A stretch of DNA of 63,238 nucleotides, counting the filler, from Octopus bimaculoides (Eukaryota): the NCBI RefSeq assembly GCF_001194135.2. It is 7 parts of 5 records of this genome, joined end to end, with 100 filler letters (N's around TTAATTAATTAA, not from the genome) between each part and the next. Parts side by side here need not be neighbours in the genome. Positions count along the whole stretch, not along the records: positions 1 to 11,761 come from NC_068986.1; 6 more parts are not named here. The stretch is one strand, 5' to 3'. The position numbers and the translations under genes are program-made. The notes beneath the pieces were generated by a model. That model was given only the letters and a program-made list of their open reading frames with translations, searched no databases and was not told the origin of the DNA. Numbering within the stretch: the stretch's first letter is position 1; every line of letters starts with the position of its first letter. Positions 1 through 11,761 of the stretch are shown here, piece after piece.

Positions 1-91
1 TATATATATATATATATTTGTATTTATGTGCTTTTCTGAGTGTATTCCACTGATGAAGAGCGAGCATTTCTTATGCAGAGCCAGAAATCCA

Positions 92-228
92 GTAATTTTT
101 GCTAGTTTATTTTGTCTTTTCGTCTTCTGTGCTGGTGCTATATGAACATTTAATGTGGTTTTAGAGTCAGGTTTTGACTGCTATTTCCATCGTGGTGGCA
201 TCTCTTCGATACCCTAAATTATAATTAT
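92..228. repeat. Interspersed repeat shared with the fold-back element at 38.9 kb
   Basis: gtaatttttgctagtttattttgtct...gaacatttaatgtggttttagagtc...gataccc matches 38930-39071. Confidence 0.8.
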
Positions 229-262
229 ATATATCTGTAGAAATATATGTGACACTTATTCA

Positions 263-339
263 GTAGCCATGATAAAACTCCGAGTTTCCGATGCCCGGGT
301 GGTGTTCCGTTCCGGTCATCTCTTCAGTTATCCAACTAC
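263..339 (-). ncRNA. Type I hammerhead ribozyme candidate in sense pLTR
   Basis: Minus strand: GUAGUU-G-GAUAA CUGAAGA GAUG-A-CCGG(13 nt)CCGG-G-CAUC G GAAA CU CGG AG U U UUAUC AUG GCUAC. Helices I, II and a 3-bp helix III all pair, with a GUU triplet. There is one extra G before GAAA. Confidence 0.65.
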
Positions 340-554
340 CGGAGATTCTATTTAAAAAGCCGTTATAGGGACCAAAAACAAAGGCAAATAAGCAACCCTA
401 AACACAAACAAAGGGAAATTACCGTGTGGTGTCAAACCCGTCNNNNNNNNNNAAAAATATATATTAAAAAAATATATATAAAGTATACGAAATAATTATA
501 GAGACACAAAAAAATAAAAATATATATGTAATAGGAAGCAAGTCCAATCCAGCC

Positions 555-1003
555 TCAGGGGGACCTAAAACGTAGCAAATATTTGGTCACATCTGGACAT
601 GATCCAAAGAGTTCAGTCTTTGAATTTAGACATGTGGTAGGGTCCAAGCTGCCTTTCCAGATGAGCCATCTTTCCATATCACACAGACCGCACCTTCCGC
701 TGCAGCTGTTGCAGGGTTTGCACTTAGCTAGAATCTTCCAGTGGATGTTGTAACCGTCACCCTTATCTCTTAAAGACCGTATGTGACAGGATAATTTTGT
801 CGTTTTTCTTTTTTCCCAGTGCCTAAAACTCAAGGTGTGATTGTTGGATCTGGCCTTGAAGTTACCCTCTGTGAGGCCCACGTATTTCTTCGTTTATACT
901 GCGTTCTTGGTGGATACGGAATCTACGGTGGCTTCATAAATGATGGTTTCAGACATGCAAGCTCCATTTAGCGGGTACAAGTTCTTATTTCTGCATGAAC
1001 AGC
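555..1003 (-). pseudogene. Penelope-like GIY-YIG endonuclease, C-terminal fragment (one stop, one frameshift)
   Basis: Manual translation: CSCRNKNL.PL / CMSETIIYEATV..*TKKYVGLTEGNFKARSNNHTLSFRH..LSCHIRSLRD..WKILAKCKPCNSCSGRCGLCDMER..LNSKTELFGSC. This has the IIY...YVG (GIY-YIG) motif and the PLE-type C-terminus. Confidence 0.85.
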
Positions 1004-1514
1004 TGCTTCCTATTACATATATATTTTTATTTTTTTGTGCTTCTATAATTATTTCGTATACTTTATATATATTTTTTTAATATATATTTTTTAATATTTT
1101 GTGTTGATAGGCGGCACTGACACGCTTCCATTTTAAGTTCTTTCACCTTTTTACCTGAATATTATATTTTTATTTTTTATTTTCATATTTCGATATATAA
1201 TATAATTTTTATTATTTTTACGTTCCTACATAGGTATAGAGTTAATGTATGTTCCCACATATAGTATTTCTGTTTTTTCCTCCCATCCAAACCTCCTTTC
1301 CGTGCGCTTACAGATACGCACAAGGAACAGCATAAGTGCGAGGTTACGTGCGCACGTAGATATAAACGTGCGCACTTTGAGGTATGTGCGTGCATGATAT
1401 ACGCAAATTTAGACGGGTTTGACACCACACGGTAATTTCCCTTTGTTTGTGTTTAGGGTTGTTTATTTCCCTTTGTTTTTGGTCCCTATAAGGGTTTTTG
1501 AAATAGAATCTCCG

Positions 1515-1591
1515 GTAGTTGGATAACTGAAGAGATGAGCGGAACGGAACACCGCCCGGGCATCGGAAACTCGGTGTTTTATCATGGCTAC
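1515..1591 (+). ncRNA. Type I hammerhead ribozyme candidate in inverted pLTR
   Basis: GATAA(1522-26)/TTATC(1579-83); CTGAAGA 1527-33; GATG/CATC; GAAA 1566-69. Helix III has a U-U mismatch compared with the other copy. Confidence 0.55.
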
Positions 1592-1716
1592 TGAATAAGT
1601 GTCACATATTTCTACAGATACATTCCTCTATTTGCATAATATCGCGGTCTCTTTCTTTCTTTTGTTGCCACTCCTGCCAAATATATATATATATATATAT
1701 ATACATACATACATAA

Positions 1717-1822
1717 AAAATTAAGAGGTAAGACCACCAAGGTGGACTCCTAATATGCTGAATATAGACGACTATATTTAGCATATTAGGAGTCCAAATT
1801 GGTGGACATTCCTCTTAATTTT
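1717..1822. repeat. ~105-bp fold-back hairpin
   Basis: Inner stem GGACTCCTAATATGCTGAATATAG-acga-CTATATTTAGCATATTAGGAGTCC (one G-T pair); outer pairs CCACCA/TGGTGG and AAAATTAAGAGG/CCTCTTAATTTT. Confidence 0.85.
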
Positions 1823-1919
1823 CTATGTAATATAATTATTAATGTTCGGATTTTTTAAATATACTACGCCACTGGTTTTAATTCATTAATATCAATTTCT
1901 ACCCTCATTATTTAATTTT

Positions 1920-1958
<39 letters not shown>

Positions 1959-2165
1959 GTGTGTGTGTGTGTGTAAAAAAGTTTGAATTAAATTTCGTCC
2001 TATAAGTTGGAGGATTCCCAAAAAATTTCTGATATAGTTTCTTCATATTTTGCTGGTAGCTTACTGACGTAAGTTTGAGAATATGAAAATGATACTTGTA
2101 TATGGTTTGTTGTGAATTTATAGAAAGGAATGTCATAAAACTCAACAAATTTGTTAAAAATGGAG

Positions 2166-2229
2166 AAGACAAAAATGTAAGACACTTTTAATTCATGAAG
2201 ACAAAAATGTAAGACAATCTTAATTCATG
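2166..2229 (+). repeat. ~32-bp tandem duplication
   Basis: gaagacaaaaatgtaagaca...ttaattcatg occurs twice. Confidence 0.8.
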
Positions 2230-2864
2230 CAGACGATCATTTGGAACAGCGATGCAAGAATCCTGCAAATTCATGGTTGAACTAAAATAATTAAATTAAT
2301 TTAATTAATTTAATTATATATCACTGTACTCATCAGTGCAAAAAGTATAAACAATTATTTTTTTTACAAAGGACTTGATAAAGGAAATAGCAGAATAAGA
2401 TTTTGGAGATTCCTATTTATCCTTATGAGACAGAAAGAAGAGTTGTGAGTCCAGTTAGGTATTAACTAAAGGCTATTGCGGTTATTTGAGAATGTTAGGG
2501 AAAGAGGTTTTAGAGATGTTCCCTTTTTAAATGAGTAAGGAGATTAGCAATTCATACTCCAAATAAGTCGCGTAGGGTAAATGTCGTGTACAAATGTCCA
2601 ATGGAAAAGCTCGGCTATATTTGAATTGAGATATGATCTTGCAGTTAGATACAATACTAAGTATATTTAGAAAAAAATGTTTATACATGAGGATGAAGTT
2701 AATATATATATATATATATATANNNNNNNNNNNNNNNNNNNNNNNNNNNNNNNNNNNNNNNNNNNNNNNNNNNNNNNNNNNNNNNNNNNNNNNNNNNNNN
2801 NNNNNNNNNNNNNNNNNNNNNNNNNNNNNNNNNTCATTGTATTTTCTGTGATGTTCTCACTACA

Positions 2865-2901
<37 letters not shown>

Positions 2902-3035
2902 CTCCCTAAAGAGAAATATATGAGGAACCCCAAAAACTCTTTCTTCTTTGTGAAAGAGCTCTCATTTATTTTGGAACATGTGTAGGAATTAAAGGAATTT
3001 TATTGACATGCGTTTTGCTCCATTTATTATTATCC

Positions 3036-3064
<29 letters not shown>

Positions 3065-3066
<2 letters not shown>

Positions 3067-3270
3067 TTTGCCTCTTACATGCCAGTCATTGGACTCTGGC
3101 CATACTGGGGGCACCACCATGGAGTGTTTACTGAAACAGATTAACCCGACAATATACTTTTAAATTTTGTACTTGTCCTATCGCCCTTTTTGTCGAACTG
3201 TTAAGTTACGAGATACAGGGAAGTGAACAATCTAAGACCGTTTGCCGATCGGTAGAGAGGGAACAAACAC
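3065..3270 (-). mobile_element. Degenerate 3' domain of composite SINE (family B)
   Basis: Similar to 18915-19110, 26262-26460 and 40695-40897 (cagtcatt..ggccat..gcacc..ccgaactgctaagttac). Confidence 0.6.
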
Positions 3271-3454
3271 AAGAAAATCATACACAAAGATATAAATACG
3301 TACGTAGCACAGACACTTACATATAACATATTTAGATGACATTCAAATATGTTTGAGACATATTTGACGTGTACAATGGACGTATTTGCTTCTATTTGCT
3401 GTTCAGAACGTTTCTCGCTTCTTCACTACCATCAGTACATATACGGAAGGCTTC

Positions 3455-3610
3455 CATATAACTTTCGACTGCCAATTTGCTCCTAAGGCATTGGTTGATC
3501 CGTGGCTATGGCATAGATTACTTGCCCAAGGTGTCACACTATGAGACTGAATTCGAAACCGTTTAGTTGCAAAGCGAATTTCTTTACCACAAACCATACC
3601 TGCGCCTAAT
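3455..3610 (-). mobile_element. tRNA-derived SINE head (family B)
   Basis: acttgcccaaggtg..actgaa..gaaacc..ttaccaca..cc.t.cctgcgcct; recurs many times in the window. Confidence 0.7.
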
Positions 3611-4147
3611 ATATATTTATATATATANNNNNNNNNNNNNNNNNNNNNNNNNNNNNNNNNNNNNNNNNNNNNNNNNNNNNNNNNNNNNNNNNNNNNNNNN
3701 NNNNNNNNNNNNNNNNNNNNNNNNNNNNNNNNNNNNNNNNNNNNNNNNNNNNNNNNNNNNNNNNNNNNNNNNNNNNNNNNNNNNNNNNNNNNNNNNNNNN
3801 NNNNNNNNNNNNNNNNNNNNNNNNNNNNNNNNNNNNNNNNNNNNNNNNNNNNNNNNNNNNNNNNNNNNNNNNNNNNNNNNNNNNNNNNNNNNNNNNNNNN
3901 NNNNNNNNNNNNNNNNNNNNNNNNNNNNNNNNNNNNNNNNNNNNNNNNNNNNNNNNNNNNNNNNNNNNNNNNNNNNNNNNNNNNNNNNNNNNNNNNTTTT
4001 ATATATATATTTATATATATCTTCAATGCTAATTGTCCATAACAAAATTCACTTTAAAAAATAAAATCGTTAAGTGAAAAATACTTATATATTATTAATG
4101 ATGATAATTATGTTTCCATGTTTTTTTTTCTGTGAGTTTAAGCAATG

Positions 4148-4178
4148 ATTGTTGTTATTGCTATTATTATTATTATTA

Positions 4179-4222
<44 letters not shown>

Positions 4223-4250
4223 GTTATTGTTATTATTATTATTATTATTT
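4148..4250. repeat. (TAT)n microsatellite
   Basis: Direct reading. Confidence 0.95.
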
Positions 4251-4394
4251 AGTAATTTCCGGTCTAAGCAACGCTGACAAAAGTGTCAAACGCTTTATCT
4301 GCTGTCAGTGTCATAAACTGAACATTAATAGCTAACAAAGTGGTCATTAGCTGCAAGAGAAATTAACAGCAGGATTAAAACTGCGACAGCAGCA

Positions 4395-4423
4395 CCAACA
4401 GCAGCAGCAGCAGAAGTAGTAGC

Positions 4424-4493
<70 letters not shown>

Positions 4494-4675
4494 ATGGTGG
4501 TGGTGCGGATATTGGTAATGGTGGTAATTGTAATAATAGAAGTAGTTGTAGATATAGCAGTGATGGTGGCAGTGCTAGTGGTAGTAGTTATAGTAGCAGT
4601 AGTAGTGGTGGTGGCGGTAGAAATAGCAGCAGTAGCAGGAGCATTATTAGTAATAGTAGTAGTGGTAGTAGTCAA
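4395..4675. repeat. (GTA)n/(GTG)n compound microsatellite
   Basis: Direct reading; explains the poly-Thr and poly-Val ORFs. Confidence 0.95.
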
Positions 4676-4985
4676 CATGTGTTTTTGCTAGTTGTTCCTC
4701 TCTTTTTGCTGTTGGTGTTGTTGGTATTGTTACTGTTGTTCTCACTTATGTTGTTGCTGTTGTTGTTCTGGTTATTGCTGTGGAAGAGTTTCAAAATTGA
4801 TGATTAACATGGCGTATAATTGAATGTTGAGTTAGTTTGTATTTCGTTCGTATATTATTTTTGAAGTTTTTCTCTTTTTTTAATCACGCTTTTATTTATA
4901 GCATTCTTTATTGTTATGATTTACTTATTTACTTCATATACCTATGTTTTAGTGTACGCGTGTTTGCTTCAACATGCAAGTGCTC

Positions 4986-5045
<60 letters not shown>

Positions 5046-5341
5046 NNNNNNNNNNNNNNNNNNNNNNNNNNNNNNNNNNNNNNNNNNNNNNNNNNNNNNN
5101 NNNNNNNNNNNNNNNNNNNNNNNNNNNNNNNNNNNNNNNNNNNNNNNNNNNNNNNNNNNNNNNNNNNNNNNNNNNNNNNNNNNNNNNNNNNNNNNNNNNN
5201 NNNNNNNNNNNNNNNNNNNNNNNNNNNNNNNNNNNNNNNNNNNNNNNNNNNNNNNNNNNNNNNNNNNNNNNNNNNNNNNNNNNNNNNNNNNNNNNNNNNN
5301 NNNNNNNNNNNNNNNNNNNNNNNNNNNNNNNNATATATATA

Positions 5342-5379
<38 letters not shown>

Positions 5380-5834
5380 TATGTACGCATATTCATATAT
5401 ATATACACACATATATACACATATTCATATATATATACATATATATACACACAGACACACATATATGTATATATATATATATACATGCGTTACATACATA
5501 TATGTGAGCATGTGTGTATGTGTGTGCGTGCTTGTGTGTGTTTGTGTGCATGCGTGTTTTTTGTGTTTGTGTTTGTGTGTGTGTGTGCGTGTATGTTTGT
5601 GTCTGAGTGCCGCTGTGTGTTTACATGTACGCATAGAGAGATGTGTGCGAGAAAAGCGCCCTGGCACGAATCATTACATTTCATTAGCTCTAGGAAGTAT
5701 ATTGACTAGCTAGATAAGTCTCCATGCTAATACGCTCACAACAAGACATATATGTCTGCTAATGCTCTGTCTCCGTTTTCAATTCGCTTACATGACACCG
5801 ACAGAGATGAAGCGAAATGACCTCAATGGACGTA

Positions 5835-5919
5835 AATGTTGTTGTTGTCGTCGTTCCTCTTGTTATCATCATCATCATCATCATCCTTCTCCTCCTGCTG
5901 CTCCTCCTCCTCCTCCTTC

Positions 5920-5969
<50 letters not shown>

Positions 5970-5980
5970 GTTGTTGTTTT
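5835..5980. repeat. (GTT)n-(CAT)n-(CCT)n-(CAT)n compound microsatellite
   Basis: Direct reading. Confidence 0.95.
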
Positions 5981-6329
5981 TGTTGTTTGCTCTTGTTTTT
6001 GCTGTTCTTGTTATTGCTACTACTGCTGTTGTTACATTCGTCTTTTCCTGCCGTCGTTATGGATTACTTTAAGTGAATATTTTTGTATATGATATATATA
6101 GGCAATATGGAACAAACTATGTGCTGATATACGTGAAAACTACGGAACACATCGTGAAACATGTCAGCAACAAGCTGCTCATAAGCCTTGTTCATTAAGA
6201 AATAATTTACCTAAAACACAGCCGAGACGTGAGCGTTTTCTGTCTCGTTCCTACACTGGAACTGTTCGCGGGCTATTTCAGAGCAACATGCTACCAGTAC
6301 CTAGACGTAACGAAAGCGAGTGAGTCTAT

Positions 6330-6940
6330 ACACATACTTTTCAGAAATGAGGACAAAGCAAGCATATCCGAGCAGGTTTGAGACACACCTACACCTACAC
6401 TAGTGGCATAAAATTTGGTACAAGGAAACACGAAAATCAGTTTCTTAAATGTTGGTAACAACGTTGCCTTCGTGGCACAGTATAAGCAGGCAGTAAGGGT
6501 TGAAGTTACAAAGATTGACATTCAGTCAGCTGGGGTTTCAGTTAACATACAATTTCTTATAACCACCGAATACTACAAGGCCATTCCTGAACTGTTACTA
6601 GTTGTGATGAAGGAACGACGATGAAGCTTGTAGTTCAGGGACGTAAGTCGTTATGTGTGGTAGCAAAAAGTTCTTACATGTGCTTTGTGACTCTAGATAC
6701 AGTGCGTGCAGAAAGAATGAAAGTAGCGGCTCAGGAAATGGCAAGTCTCATAAGTTGCTACAATTCTCAGAGCAGCATCGATTGAAGAACAGAAATATCA
6801 GAGGAGATTAACTCTTCTACGATATTGGGAACTGACTAGGCGTCTCCGAAGGATACCACATCTTAACCATAGCGATAAATGTTGAAGAGTCGCAAATAGC
6901 AGCACTAGCAATAACCCTAACCAATTCCAGCTTCATGAAA
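6330..6940 (+). pseudogene. Degenerate Kolobok-like (Mutator-like domain) DNA transposase
   Basis: Frameshift-stitched motifs in the expected order: TVTSCD.GT (VSxDGT), GRKSLCVVAKSSYMC (GKVLDxxVxSKxCxxC), CRKNESSGSG (CxxNxxGSSG), EQHRLK..IRGD-NSST (HxLRYxxxxGDGDSS), LGT-L (MGTRL), SSTSNNPN (STDxxPxH). Confidence 0.5.
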
Positions 6941-8065
6941 TTTGTTAAAATCTGTCTTGTCCCTATTCCCAGAAACCGACAAGCGTAGCTTACCTTCGGC
7001 CAACAGTAATGCTTCATCATATTGGGAAGTGATGCAAGCCACTGAGGAACCGGGTTAAAAAAGAAAACGTGAACCAAAGGAGCGAAGCGCAAGCCTGCTC
7101 TAAAGGCGAGTAAAATGCAACAAAAAGACGTCGACGCCAAAAGATTCCAATTCGCATCTGCTAGATATGCACACCAATCCTTCTTTGTCCAAAAATTGAG
7201 TTGGATGACGTAAGAGAGAATGATATACTGGCTGATGAGAAATAAATAAAGATGGATTACAGGAGATGCTCACGCGACAGTCTCCACCCCTTCAAAAATG
7301 TCTCAAGAATGTGATCACATGTTTAAGAAGGAAAAGCTTCAGAGTGTAGCATGTTCTTTTTCTTTTTCTTTCGTCTAAAGCCAAAAGATGTTGAGAGGGT
7401 ACTTTTGGGTGCATTCTTCATTAGTACAAGTAGTGGCATGAACAGAAGTGTGTAATATCTTAACCTGACCTAACCCGTGGATTTTCAAACGTGTGGGCGT
7501 TGAGTAACTATACATGTTATCTTATGTACTTTTTAAAATATTTGATTATTTTTTATAGTTATTCATTTGTTACATTTCCGAATTTTTATACATATTTTCT
7601 AAGTTTTTATTCTTCGTATAAGTTCCTTACTCCATTCTTTCCAATTTTATGTAACTTCCGCGTTTTAATTTCCATACAGTTTTGTCACCTGCTTTAGTTG
7701 TTAACATTTTATGTAGTCGTAAGATTTAAAATGAGTGTAATTGTCCTCAACGGCTAAAGGAAGTCATATCATCGTAGCAGCTTTTAAGAATAATATTTTC
7801 AAACTTTTATTGAATATTTTGGAGTTAGAAAATAGAACCAGTTTTCTTTTATAGATATTTCCATTCTTATTCTACCCTCTGTTCCTATGGCAAAAAAAGT
7901 AGCCTCTTTCCTTGGATTCATTCCTAAGATTACAGTAAACAAATCAAATCTACCACCAAAGAAAAGGAAGAAAATAGTAAGAATATATTAATGAACACAG
8001 AAACAAATGGCAGAAAATGTATGTATATGTGTACATACATTACGCGCGCGCGCACACACACATAA

Positions 8066-9840
8066 CTAGCTAAATGAACCGGTGTTGCCCGGGTTACGGC
8101 TGTCCATATTCAGATTAGTAAATAATAAATATAAAAATATATTCTCATGATTATTTCAAAACATCCATATCTTATTAAAAAGCATCCAAATTGTAATGAT
8201 AATAGAACTGAAAATCTGTCAATCTTAAAGCACCTCAGGGTAAACAACATTCATTGTGTAATTTTTTGTTGGTATCAAAATGAATAAATTGTTGCTGCTT
8301 CCAACTCGCGAGCAAGCGACATAGAGTTGGCCATGGGAGAAGCATGTAGTAGAAAGATGAAGTGCAACCACCTTGTGGGATTGACCATGAGATTTGTTAA
8401 TTGAAATTCCAAAACTTAGTTTGACTGGAAACTGAAGCGTCTTAAATTCAAATGGAACATCTGTAGGTATGAGAGGAATTTCTGGAATGAAGATATTTTC
8501 TCCTTTGTTGTGAGTGTTATGACCACCAGTTATGATTGTTGCCGGTAAGAGATGGGGCTTCGTGGAAGTAATAATTAAGCAAGTTCCATTAAACAGGTGA
8601 GATGGGTTAAGATTCCTAAGCAATATAATGGGAGCACCCAAATTTAGTGTCAAGTTATGCGGTGGCATCCCAATGGGTTTAAGTGTGTTCAGAAATTCAA
8701 CAGGGTATTGAGCAACCTGATTTTGACTGAAAAGTTATTTCTGATGTATCTGTTAACTTTTGAAGAAGTTCATGATTGAGTTTATTAACCATTTCATTAG
8801 CTGGAGCTAGTATAGCTCTTTCACATAGCTAGTTTATATCAGTGTAATTGACAGATAAATTCGGATATATTTTATCCATAAGATCCCTAAGGGAAAGTAT
8901 CATTTGATCGCATGTAATTTCATGTAGTTGAAGTCTTGAGTTGAATGTTAATATCCCATTACCAGTTTTAATAAGCTCGAATGATTACCCTGTAGAAGTA
9001 CTCTGATGACGCTTGTAATATGAAGTTTTTTCACTTGTCTCCAAAGGTAGGATTTTTTGAAGCATGCATTGACCTTATCAGTTTTTGATCCTTTGGGGAT
9101 AACTAGCAACGTTTGACGAAAATCTCCTACAAGAACTGTTACTCTTCCTATGAGTGTGCTATTGTATTTCATGTTTTGGAAGGTACAATAAAGTACATCT
9201 GAAGCTCCACAATGTAACAGTGGACTCATCCCAAACAATGAGGTAAGTGCTTTTGAGAACTGTGGCCATTGCAGAGTTTTTGGAAATGTTGCACATTTGA
9301 GATTCTTTCATTGAACATGGAACATGCAGTTCTTTCCCCATTGAGGAGGGTAGCTGCAATACCAGAAGATGCAACACTGGCAGAACGTTAGATTTTATTT
9401 CCTCCCATTTTCGATTGCAGGTGAAAGTGACAAAAAGATCTTGTTTTCCATGTCCTGACATATGTCATAGCATCTTGTGTTCGTTCGTGCGTATATCAAG
9501 GACGACCTGTGAACGATGATGGGAGGATTATAAGTGGCCCCGTGTTTTGAATACCAGAATACCAGAATACTTCAGAGCATTTAGGAGATGAGCATAATTT
9601 GTAGCACTTAACTTCTTTTTTAATTGTTACGAATGTAGAGGAGTAATTTTATTCAGCTGAACACACGTCATTGATTGGTTGAAATTACCGAAATACGACA
9701 ACTTTAACACGAAACGAGTTCGTAAATAGAAACTTTTCTCAACAACGCTAGGAGTAAAAGATGTTTTATATGACACATTCTACCAGTGTCCGAAGTTTGA
9801 AAGTGTTTAGTTACAAAAAATTAATTTCTCGATCTGCCGA
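8066..9840 (-). mobile_element. Non-autonomous, internally deleted Helitron
   Basis: Rep and helicase fragments on the minus strand. The 3' end reads CCGG-GCAACA-CCGG hairpin, then ttcatttag, then CTAG|T at 8066-8069. The 5' TC is uncertain (GA|T at 9831-33 or 9839-41 on +). Confidence 0.8.
8225..9530 (-). pseudogene. Helitron RepHel fragments (Rep motif 1; PIF1-like helicase motif II to C-terminus)
   Basis: IILPSSFTG.P*YTHERTQDAMTYVR / DLFVTFTCNRKWEEI; CNISKNS..LIVWDE; VGDFRQTL; LGAPIILLRNLNP..LFNGT..LQFPVKLSFGISINKSHGQS..FSHGQLYVACSRV..NVVYPEVL. Confidence 0.92.
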
Positions 9841-9854
9841 TGAAAGTGAAGATC

Positions 9855-10012
9855 CGATCCGACTCCAGTACGCAACTGGTACTTAATTTAACGACCTCGA
9901 AAGGATGAAAAGTAGAGTCGACCTCAGCGGAATTTGAACTCAAACGTAAAGAAAGACGAAATACCGTTAAGCATTTCACCCGGCATGCTAACTATTCTGC
10001 CAGCTCGCCGTC
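9855..10012 (-). mobile_element. tRNA-derived SINE (family A)
   Basis: Minus strand: ggcgagctggcagaatagttagcatgccggg..gttTGAGTTCAAATTCCgctgaggtcgac..tttcatcctttcgaggtcgttaaattaagtaccag. Confidence 0.85.
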
Positions 10013-10035
10013 TTGGATAATCATAATAACTATTA

Positions 10036-10240
10036 TTTCTACTCTAGGCACAAGTCCTTGAAAATTTTGTGGGGAGTGAACAAGTCGATTACATCGACTT
10101 CAGTGCGTACATTTCATGGACCCCGAAAGGATGAAAAGCAAAGTCGGCCTCGGCGGAATTTGAACTCAGAACGTAGCGGCAGACAAAATACCACTAAGCA
10201 TTTTACTCGAAGCGCTAAAGATTTTTCCAGCTCACCATCT
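10036..10240 (-). mobile_element. tRNA-derived SINE (family A), tandem second copy
   Basis: Same head and B box; full 3' tail (ttgtgcctagagtagaaa). Confidence 0.85.
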
Positions 10241-11687
10241 TGGATAATTATAATAATAATGACGACGGTGGTGATAATAATAATTCTTTCTTTATAAATA
10301 ATTTGCTTAAACTAAGAAAAATCTCTTTCCATAAAGTAAAATGAATGGACCAACAAAAACTGGTCAAATTGTTTTGCATTACTTTCTTGTATAGATACCT
10401 TTACGTAGTGATTTCAAATCCCAGAAGGATCGAGTTGCCTTTCATCATTCCGAAGTCGATTAAATAACACACCATTGAAGCACTAAACTGGATATAATTG
10501 AATATACTGTCTTCCAAAATTTATGACCATGTGTCTACGCTGAATTTCTTTATACTTATTTACATTGTTTTATTGCAGTTGTTAACTTCACTGCTATTCC
10601 TGATGTGTTCTTTTTATTTGTTTAACCGTTTGAACTAAAGAATTGAAACATTAACATTCTAAGAGTAAAAATAACAAAAAATGTAAGCAAAATATAATTG
10701 TTGTTGTGGGCTGTTTAGTCTAATCTTAGCTCTGTCTGAAGAAGCTCTATGATCAAAGACGTTCCAATAATGACTATCCCGTCTTTCTCTTGGGAGTTGC
10801 ATATCTAATTCTAAATTCTACAACACCATTTAAAAAGATAACATTTAGAAGTCAGAAGAAAGAAACGGATACATTATCAAGGTTATTTCTGAATTTACAA
10901 TCAACCATAACGTTATTTAATATAAAATATAAAGTCTCTTGCTTTGCAATTCTTTGCACTACCAATAAAAGTCATTTTTCAGCTTTGCACTTCTGTAACT
11001 TCTTGCTAGAGCATTTGTTTCAGGTGCAAGTAGTAATACAATCATACACATTCCACAAGTTGATAGTCATGAAAGTCTGCAACAATATCAGTCACTCAGT
11101 ATGCCTAAAATAAAGAACACTAATAGTCATAGTTAGGACATCAGAGGTCTGCTCACTCGGGGTTGACATTGGATAAAACGAATAACGACATCATCAAAGA
11201 CAACAACTGCTTCAAATCCCAACTGATATCACACATCACACAAAATTGTCTACGGAACTGATCTCTAGTCAGAATTCGAAAGCATATATCCAATACAGCA
11301 ATTAAAATTAAATTTTCCCGAATAAGTCTACCCCATCTCGCTCTACCCCAAGCCGGATATCAAGAAAAGGAGCTGCAATCTCAGATTCACTGTGAATAGC
11401 TGGCTTAAGGATTAATATGAATAATGGTGCATCGTTTCCTTTGCATATTACCTAGAAAATAATAACATGCAGCCTACTTTTTGGATGGATTCTGTGATGA
11501 ATCAGAATGAGAAAATAAGAAATCACATTAGTACTGTGTAGAACATTCTCAGCCGTGTGTACTACTGTTCCCAACAATAGCTGCGGCATGATTTAAAATG
11601 ATGACAAAACTTGAAACAGTCCAATACTGTACATCATGCTGGAATTGGTTGCAAGAACTAAGTCTACTACCAGGAGTGAAGAGAGAA

Positions 11688-11761
<74 letters not shown>

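Larger units (their letters stand above)
232..1620 (-). mobile_element. 5'-truncated Penelope-like retroelement with inverted pseudo-LTRs
   Basis: 232-442 is the reverse complement of 1412-1620 and 453-540 of ~1004-1091. The arms enclose a GIY-YIG endonuclease fragment and each arm holds a hammerhead fold. Confidence 0.85.

Noticed and set aside
40-100. CTGATGA...GAAA hammerhead-like motif
   Set aside because: Helix I does not pair and helix II lacks a closing stem; at best a relic.
6415-6775. Apparent FERM F3-lobe resemblance (LVQG..IS..VA.VA.Y..RVE; AQEMASLISCY)
   Set aside because: The pieces are in different frames, and ordered Kolobok-like motifs explain the region better.
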